NCBI GenBank assembly: GCA_023134135.1
Contig: JAGLVB010000003.1
Location: 16,630-80,629 of the forward strand
Origin: Candidatus Aenigmatarchaeota archaeon
GTDB taxonomy: Archaea; Aenigmatarchaeota; Aenigmatarchaeia; QMZS01
Direction: 5' to 3'
Length of the DNA stretch: 64,000 nucleotides
The notes beneath the pieces are model-generated. The model ran no database searches. It was not told the DNA's origin and was given only the letters and a program-made list of their open reading frames with translations. The translations under genes and the position numbers were made by a program. This document shows, piece by piece, positions 57,859-64,000 of the stretch. Every line of letters begins with the position of its first letter. The stretch's first letter is position 1.

Positions 57859-58941
57859 ATGGGAGCTCATATAATAGATAAAGTTGGCTGGGAAGGCAAC
57901 GAACAAGAAAACTATGAAGTTTGTTCATTATTTGCCACTAAATGGCCTGAACTAACTTGGGATGAAACAAAATATAATTTAAAAGACCCAAACAGCCTTT
58001 TTCAGGATATAGACAGTATTTTGGGTATTGACCGGAAAAAAGATTATTTTGATTGTATAAATCACGGATATCTTATTATTGATTTTGATAAAAAAGAATA
58101 TTTTGACAAATTGGATAAATATGCAAATAAACTGGAAGATTCAGAAACTATGGATGAGATATATAATTGTCTGGATTACCTTAGAAACTCCAGTTTGCAT
58201 TTTTTATCAGCCTGGAATCATAATACCCGCGAAGGTGGAGCTTCCGTAATAGATAAAATAAAAGAATATGGGCAATTAAAAGAAATTTCTAATAACATTT
58301 GTGAAGAACTGTATAATTGCGTGTCTTTAGAGGAGTATAAACCTAATACAAAGAGTATATTTAAACAAACAGATAAATTAAAAGATATTTGCGGATTATT
58401 GCCAGAAGAATGCAAAAGTAAAATAAGGCAACTCGACAATCCTATAGAACACCTTATACACGCCCATAGAATTAACCTTTCAGCCCAAGATTATGATACT
58501 GCAGTGGGTATTCTTAATGGTGGTTTAGAATTGCCTTTTACCCTTAGTTATGTCCAGGACAAAACTCCTGAAATAGCTTATTTAAAATATTCTGGTTATT
58601 CTGAAGGCGATCATAACGGAGAAACAAAAATAGATGAAAAATCTTCAATACTTGAGCTGTTTGAACTAAAAGAAAAAATAGAAAATAAAAGAATAATAAT
58701 ATTAGATGATAGTATTTCTACAGGAAGAACTCTAAATAAAATCGTTGGTTTTTTGAAACCTTTGGTCGGAGATGGTGAAATTGAAGTGAGCTCCACAGAA
58801 TATATTGGACCAAAAAAAGGGATATCTCAAAATATGATAAATTATGGTCGATATATAGATGCCCCTATAATTCCCTCTACATTTAAAAGAAATATCTGGA
58901 AATCTGATATTATCAAAGTACTTGAGAAATTTAAGATTTAA
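57859..58941 (+). CDS. Protein with C-terminal phosphoribosyltransferase (PRT type I) domain
   Basis: VGILNGG and IIILDDSISTGRTL PRPP-binding loop; about 200-aa unknown N-terminus. Confidence 0.75.
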   Translation: MGAHIIDKVGWEGNEQENYEVCSLFATKWPELTWDETKYNLKDPNSLFQDIDSILGIDRKKDYFDCINHGYLIIDFDKKEYFDKLDKYANKLEDSETMDEIYNCLDYLRNSSLHFLSAWNHNTREGGASVIDKIKEYGQLKEISNNICEELYNCVSLEEYKPNTKSIFKQTDKLKDICGLLPEECKSKIRQLDNPIEHLIHAHRINLSAQDYDTAVGILNGGLELPFTLSYVQDKTPEIAYLKYSGYSEGDHNGETKIDEKSSILELFELKEKIENKRIIILDDSISTGRTLNKIVGFLKPLVGDGEIEVSSTEYIGPKKGISQNMINYGRYIDAPIIPSTFKRNIWKSDIIKVLEKFKI

Positions 58942-58968
58942 CTGCTTTATTTAATTTTTATTTAATTT

Positions 58969-59655
58969 ATGACACACCTAAAAAGACAAAAAATGCCTGG
59001 ATTTTGGCCATTGGCAAGAAAAGAGGAGAGATTTGCAGTTGTCCCTATCCCGGGACCTCATCCAAAAGCAACATCAATACCTATTACAATCGTTATCAGA
59101 GACATTCTAAAGCTCGGCAAAACCAGCAGAGATGCAAAGAAAATCCTAAATAACAAAGAGATTCTTGTGGATGGCAAAGAAATCACAGAAGGGAGGTTCC
59201 CAGTTGGATTGATGGATATTGTAACAAATAAAGGAAATAAAGAGAGTTATCTTGTGCTACCTTCAAAGAAAAGTTTTGAATTCAAAAAAATTAGCGATAA
59301 AGAAACAGATTCAAAATACTGCAAAATTATAGGCAAAACAATGGTAAAAAAAGGTCTCCAGTTAAACTTGCATAATGGCAGAAATATTCTGTTGTCAAAA
59401 GAAGATAAAGACAAATATATGGTTTCTGACACAATAAAAATTTCAATTAAATCCGGAAAAATTCTGGAAGTTATTCCTTACAAAGAAGACGCCGAGGTTT
59501 TAATTATTAGAGGCAGAAATAAAGGAGTAAAAGGAAAACTTAAAAAAATAATCATCAACAAAGACTTGCAGGGTCAGAGAGCTGATGTTGAAATTAAAGG
59601 AGAAGATAAAATATTTAAGAGAGATTTGATTTTCGTTGTTCCAAAGGATTTTTAA
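58969..59655 (+). CDS. rps4e: 30S ribosomal protein S4e
   Basis: HLKR...W...RK, PGPH, IRD.L, VDGK, FPVGLMD, QLNLHNGRNI. Confidence 0.95.
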   Translation: MTHLKRQKMPGFWPLARKEERFAVVPIPGPHPKATSIPITIVIRDILKLGKTSRDAKKILNNKEILVDGKEITEGRFPVGLMDIVTNKGNKESYLVLPSKKSFEFKKISDKETDSKYCKIIGKTMVKKGLQLNLHNGRNILLSKEDKDKYMVSDTIKISIKSGKILEVIPYKEDAEVLIIRGRNKGVKGKLKKIIINKDLQGQRADVEIKGEDKIFKRDLIFVVPKDF

Positions 59656-59656
59656 A

Positions 59657-60271
59657 ATGGGGCACTTGTTTTTAGATATTGAAACCTATTCCTCTCAGAG
59701 TAATCCACATTCCTCTTTAAATCCTTACCTATCGGAATCCAAGATATTGGTAATAGCCTACAATTATTATCCCAATTTTAAACCTCCAATAAAAGAAGAA
59801 CTTAAATCACCTGTTTTCTTAAAGGAATGGAAATCGGATGAGAAAACAATTTTAACTGAATTTTATAAATTTCTGAAAAAAATTGAGAATGAAGATAACT
59901 ATGTGAAGATTATAGGTTTTAACATTTTGAAATTTGATTTACCTTATTTGTTTGGACGGATGAAAATATTGAATATTGCTTCTGATTTAGAACTTTATAA
60001 TTTATTATTTAGACCATTTAGTATTGACCTGTTTCAATTAAGTCCAATCATCTCTGATAAAAATAAGAAACATGAACAACTATGGGGTATTAATCACAAA
60101 GAATCTTGTAAATTCTTTAAACTTCAGATTAAAGAAGGTAATGGTTTAGAGTGCAGCCAATTTTATGATGACAAGGAATTCAATAAAATTATGAAATATT
60201 GCACCGAAGAATTTAATTTTGAACAACTCTTGGATGCATTTTATCTTTATGTAAAAGATAATCTTAACTAA
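59657..60271 (+). CDS. DnaQ/PolB-type 3'-5' exonuclease (RNase H fold), stand-alone
   Basis: LDIET (ExoI), GFNILKFDLPYL (ExoII), YCTEE (ExoIII-like); probable start MGHLF. Confidence 0.75.
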   Translation: MGHLFLDIETYSSQSNPHSSLNPYLSESKILVIAYNYYPNFKPPIKEELKSPVFLKEWKSDEKTILTEFYKFLKKIENEDNYVKIIGFNILKFDLPYLFGRMKILNIASDLELYNLLFRPFSIDLFQLSPIISDKNKKHEQLWGINHKESCKFFKLQIKEGNGLECSQFYDDKEFNKIMKYCTEEFNFEQLLDAFYLYVKDNLN

Positions 60272-60291
60272 TTCAATTCTTATTTTAATTT

Positions 60292-60371
60292 ATGAATTTT
60301 TCAATTTCAACAAATGGTTTCAATAAGGCATAAATGTTACAGATAATGTCTAGGAAATTGTAAATAAATCA
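60292..60371 (+). pseudogene. Decayed duplicate of the yjbQ 5' end
   Basis: About 57/81 nt identical to 61322-61402, with a 1-nt deletion and a stop; MNFSISTNGFN vs MNFSIQTKGFN. Confidence 0.75.
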
Positions 60372-60389
60372 TACAAAATAATTTAGTTT

Positions 60390-61238
60390 ATGGAATCCTC
60401 CTTTTGCAGATTGTTGTGTATCTCTGATGTAAAAACGTTTGTAGACTGTGAAAAATTAATAGATGAAATAAAACCAAATTATATCTTATTTTTAGGGGAT
60501 ATTTTAAGACAAGGTTGTCAAAGATTTCCGATAACTCCAAAACAGAAAAAAGAAATAGAAAAAGAGTTGCAAGGATATACTTTTGAGCAGGATTTTAATA
60601 TACCCAAAATTGTTAAAAAACATGGAGATTTTATTATTCAAGCATATTATGATTCTTGTGAAGCTATAAAAATCTTATTTCAAAATATATTTATTAAATT
60701 TGTGAAACATTGTTTGGATAAAAAAGAGATAAAAAGAATAGTATTTATAAGAGGAAATAATGATGCTGATATAAATTATAACGACCTCGTGCAGAAGGTT
60801 TTAGGTGATAATGAAAAAATAATAACTACACAGACCTTCAAATTGGGAAATTATAAATGCTCTTCCTTGGATTATGATCAAATACATTTTAAGAAAAAAT
60901 TAAAAAAAGTCATGCCTTTGATAGAAGAATCTTCAATAATATTTACTCATGCTTCTACTTTAGATATAAAAGATTTTTTAAATAGAACTAAAAGAAGACC
61001 AAATATGATTATAACTGGTCACTCTGGAACAGAATGGCTTAAAATACAAGATACTTTTATTATACGTATAGATAATTTTCCATATAGTTTTTCTTTAATA
61101 GATATCAGCAATGGATTAAAAGTATATTTTGGAAGTTATAGCTCTTTTTCTGGAAAATTAAAAACCAGAAAAATTCTTGAACAACTTAATGAAACTATAC
61201 CTTGGAAGTTAGAATATCAACCTTGGAAGGAAGAATAA
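60390..61238 (+). CDS. Calcineurin-like metallophosphoesterase
   Basis: ISD, LGDI, RGNND, FTH, TGHS. Confidence 0.7.
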   Translation: MESSFCRLLCISDVKTFVDCEKLIDEIKPNYILFLGDILRQGCQRFPITPKQKKEIEKELQGYTFEQDFNIPKIVKKHGDFIIQAYYDSCEAIKILFQNIFIKFVKHCLDKKEIKRIVFIRGNNDADINYNDLVQKVLGDNEKIITTQTFKLGNYKCSSLDYDQIHFKKKLKKVMPLIEESSIIFTHASTLDIKDFLNRTKRRPNMIITGHSGTEWLKIQDTFIIRIDNFPYSFSLIDISNGLKVYFGSYSSFSGKLKTRKILEQLNETIPWKLEYQPWKEE

Positions 61239-61321
61239 TCCCTCTCCAAAGAGTATTTTTTTCAATTAGAACTTATAAAAATTTAATTTTAATGATTTAG
61301 TAATATTGTGAAATATTATTT

Positions 61322-61720
61322 ATGAACTTCTCAATCCAGACAAAAGGATTCAATGATATAATTGACATCACAGACAAAGTCAGGGAAATTGTAAAAGAAT
61401 CAAGAGTTAAAAATGGAATTTGTCTTATTTTCTGCCCGGGTTCAACAGGCGGAATCACAACAATTGAATTTGAAACGGGAGCGATTTCTGATTTGAAAAA
61501 TGCTCTTGAAAAGATTGCTCCTATGAACAAAGATTACGAACATAACAAAAGATGGGGTGATGGAAATGGTTATGCGCATGTAAGAAGCGCTTTGCTTAAA
61601 CCATCAATGTGCATTCCGGTGGAAAATAGTGATTTGGTTTTGGGAACATGGCAGCAGATTATTTTCATTGACTTTGACAACAAACCAAGAAATAGAGAGT
61701 TAATTATTAAAGTGAAATAA
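61322..61720 (+). CDS. yjbQ: YjbQ/UPF0047-family protein
   Basis: IDIT..V, GST, YEHN..WGDGNG.AH, LGTWQQI...DFD.KPR. Confidence 0.9.
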   Translation: MNFSIQTKGFNDIIDITDKVREIVKESRVKNGICLIFCPGSTGGITTIEFETGAISDLKNALEKIAPMNKDYEHNKRWGDGNGYAHVRSALLKPSMCIPVENSDLVLGTWQQIIFIDFDNKPRNRELIIKVK

Positions 61721-61732
61721 CCTTTATTATTT

Positions 61733-62317
61733 CTATTGTTCCTTCTGCTGTTTAGAATAACTTGGATACCAAGCTGAACGTTGTTCAACAAAAAATACCT
61801 GATTTTCAGTTAATTCTGTTTTTTCAACCAGTTTTTCTTTTGAATCAAGATATAATCCAACCAATTTTTCATAATTTAGATTTGAGCCCTTTCTTTTAAA
61901 ATGTTTGCCAATAGGTCCAAAAACAGGTTCATAAGGGTCATCTAAACTAGTACCCATTCTTGAATATAAATCCACTCTCTTTATTTCAGAATCTTCAGTG
62001 TGATAAATAAATTCTGTTGGCATATATCCGAGTTCGGTTTCTTCAACTCTAAGATAATCATATTCAATTTTTCCCCAAACGTCATGACCAAATAATATCT
62101 CAATATATTTATTTCCAATAGGTCCTTCGTCGATTCTCGTAATAATATGTTTAAAAGTATCATCTAATAAATCCATGCGACCTGAATGAATATAATCGCT
62201 TTGATTTTGTTCTTCATCAGGTCTAACACCATTTCGTCCATTATTTTCTCCAGCAGCACCTCTAACATATTTTTTCAAACTTTGAGTAACTTTTTTCTTA
62301 TAATCTCTAATTCCCAT
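61733..62317 (-). CDS. Hypothetical protein
   Basis: 194-aa ORF. Confidence 0.55.
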   Translation of the reverse strand: MGIRDYKKKVTQSLKKYVRGAAGENNGRNGVRPDEEQNQSDYIHSGRMDLLDDTFKHIITRIDEGPIGNKYIEILFGHDVWGKIEYDYLRVEETELGYMPTEFIYHTEDSEIKRVDLYSRMGTSLDDPYEPVFGPIGKHFKRKGSNLNYEKLVGLYLDSKEKLVEKTELTENQVFFVEQRSAWYPSYSKQQKEQ

Positions 62318-62432
62318 TTACTTCACTAATTAATAGTAATTTAAATTATAAATACCCTAATTTACCGGAAATCGGTCAATCTTTGGAAACAGAACCAAAT
62401 ATTTAAATTACCAAATTTCTTATATAATCAAA

Positions 62433-62467
62433 ATTCCGAATATCATTATGAAAAAGCTAATTTTAAT
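62433..62467 (+). repeat. Direct repeat of the DUF3160 gene start (abortive MKKLILI)
   Basis: ATTCCGAATATCATTATGAAAAAGCTAATTTTAAT vs 63228-63261 ATTCC-AATATTATTATGAAAAAGCTAATTCTAAT. Confidence 0.8.
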
Positions 62468-63191
62468 TGTTTCTTTTTAAATCACGCAAACATTTTATAG
62501 CCGGAAATATTCCAAATAATGCAAAAAGTGCAGTAATCACAAGAGATAACACAAGATTTTTTTGTTGCTGAACTTCCATTGCGGACTTTGCTCTTATATT
62601 ACCCCATTGCCAGCTATCTAGTTTAGAATCACATTTAACAAGAATATTAATGCCATTTTGCCCTTCAAATAATTCTTGAGTTGGGAAGGGTTTAAGTTTT
62701 ATAACTTTCTTGGATAAATCTATTTTAGATATATTAATTGGTGTATCTGGAGGACTAAAATTGTTAGATTTTATTCCATTCACAATATAATTATCTATTT
62801 TATAAGTATAATACGTTACATAAATTCTCTTACAATTAGAATCCACTAAAGTCTGATTTATAATTGATAATTCTAAAATACAAATCATCTTTTGTCCTTC
62901 CATAAAATATTCATATTCTGGGTAACATGTTGCAGATACATTTATACAGGGTACAGGGACAAAAATTCCATTTAAATTTGAGTGACATTCAATAGGATTT
63001 GTAATTAATTTAAAGGCTGTATCAGGTTCTAAAACTCTTTGGTAAAAAAAGATAATCAAACCTAACGCCAATAAAAATAGAATAACAGCCAATAAAAACC
63101 AAAAAGATTTACAAAATAATGGAAATTTTCTACAAACTTTGGTTTTTATATAACACAACATTTTATAAAGATTTTTCTTTTTACGAACCAT
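62463..63191 (-). CDS. Hypothetical membrane protein (two TMs flanking a Cys-containing extracellular domain)
   Basis: 242-aa ORF. Confidence 0.6.
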   Translation of the reverse strand: MVRKKKNLYKMLCYIKTKVCRKFPLFCKSFWFLLAVILFLLALGLIIFFYQRVLEPDTAFKLITNPIECHSNLNGIFVPVPCINVSATCYPEYEYFMEGQKMICILELSIINQTLVDSNCKRIYVTYYTYKIDNYIVNGIKSNNFSPPDTPINISKIDLSKKVIKLKPFPTQELFEGQNGINILVKCDSKLDSWQWGNIRAKSAMEVQQQKNLVLSLVITALFALFGIFPAIKCLRDLKRNN

Positions 63192-63241
63192 ATCTAAATT
63201 ACACTTTAAAAGAGTAAGTTTATATATATTCCAATATTATT

Positions 63242-64000
63242 ATGAAAAAGCTAATTCTAATAACCTTGGTTATTCTGGCGGCGATTTACACGGTCTTTTA
63301 CTACACAAACCCTCCTGCAATGCTGGGTGAAAAAGAAGCTGTTTATTCATCAGGCTCCATCCAGCAACCAAGACTTTCAATGTTTTTATCAGATTACACG
63401 TACATTCCTGAAACTTATAACAATCCCGAATATGAACTGCCTCTAACAGAGTTGCCGGAAAATTATCAGAGAGATTTAGTTGAAAGATTTGGAAACAATT
63501 TAAGCGAAGAACAAATACAAATTTTGCTGGATAATGGAGCTATCATTCTGCAGGGAAATGAATATAACAGATTTGAACACGCTTATTCAAACCTCAATCA
63601 AAAAGACATACCTGTGTTTATAACCTCAGATTCCATTTTGCATTTATTCCACCTTGAATTTAATGAGATTCTCAAGAATCTTGAAATTAAAAAATTATCC
63701 CCAATGCTAAAAGAATTCCTGAAATCTTTGATAAAAGAATCTATGAGACAATACAATGGGTTTGAAGATGGAGAATTAAAAGAACTTTCAAAAAGAAATA
63801 TTGCTTACCTGAGCGTTGCAATGAAATTGCTTGACCCTAATTATGTTGTCACTTATTTTGTCTCAGATGATGTGAATAAAGAGCTTGATAGGATAGAAAA
63901 ACATGAAGGATTTTTTAAATCTGAAATCATGAGCAAAGACTGTCCGGATGAATGTTTGAGACTGGCTTTTCCTAAATGGGAAGATGAAAAATGCAGCCAG
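63242..64000 (+). CDS. DUF3160-family exported protein, N-terminal part (runs off window end)
   Basis: Not in ORF track. Open frame MKKLILITLVILAAIY...PVFITSDSILHLFHLEFNEILKNLE...RNIAYLSVAMKLLDP. Confidence 0.75.
   Translation, partial: MKKLILITLVILAAIYTVFYYTNPPAMLGEKEAVYSSGSIQQPRLSMFLSDYTYIPETYNNPEYELPLTELPENYQRDLVERFGNNLSEEQIQILLDNGAIILQGNEYNRFEHAYSNLNQKDIPVFITSDSILHLFHLEFNEILKNLEIKKLSPMLKEFLKSLIKESMRQYNGFEDGELKELSKRNIAYLSVAMKLLDPNYVVTYFVSDDVNKELDRIEKHEGFFKSEIMSKDCPDECLRLAFPKWEDEKCSQ

Noticed and set aside
1-64000. tRNA, rRNA, provirus or integrase
   Set aside because: No cloverleaf or rRNA-like GC-rich tract, and no capsid, terminase or recombinase motifs seen

Overview
AT-rich (low-GC) archaeal chromosome segment, most consistent with a DPANN/Nanoarchaeota-type genome. 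The evidence is archaeal marker genes (archease, HerA, PINA ATPase, Dph2, type II Met-aminopeptidase, AMMECR1, DUF1512, ribosomal proteins L32e/S19/L22/S4e, SerRS), very short intergenic spaces, and a broken-up ribosomal protein operon. Housekeeping genes sit singly, separated by 1-4 accessory genes. I found no rRNA, tRNA, CRISPR array, integrase or transposase. Main points: (1) a tightly coupled operon joining a tetraether-lipid-synthase (Tes/GDGT-MAS)-like radical SAM enzyme to a LolCDE/MacB-type ABC transporter, an S-layer-like Ig protein, a putative lipid-binding beta-barrel protein and a GbsR/MarR regulator; (2) a recurrent scar pattern in which accessory genes are bracketed by a 20-80 bp diverged duplicate of the 5' or 3' end of the neighbouring gene (five clear cases plus weaker ones), suggesting a general gene-capture mechanism; (3) an MtrA (cobamide-binding)-thymidylate-synthase-like fusion; (4) a dispersed family of covarying triloop palindromes, one inserted in-frame in a gene; (5) a non-autonomous IS200/IS605-type element abutting a caspase-domain gene; (6) several pseudogenes/remnants (DUF998, MazG-like, DUF523 split around an HD gene) and a BglII-family restriction-modification pair. 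All family calls come from motif recognition by eye, and identities were counted by hand; no database search was run.
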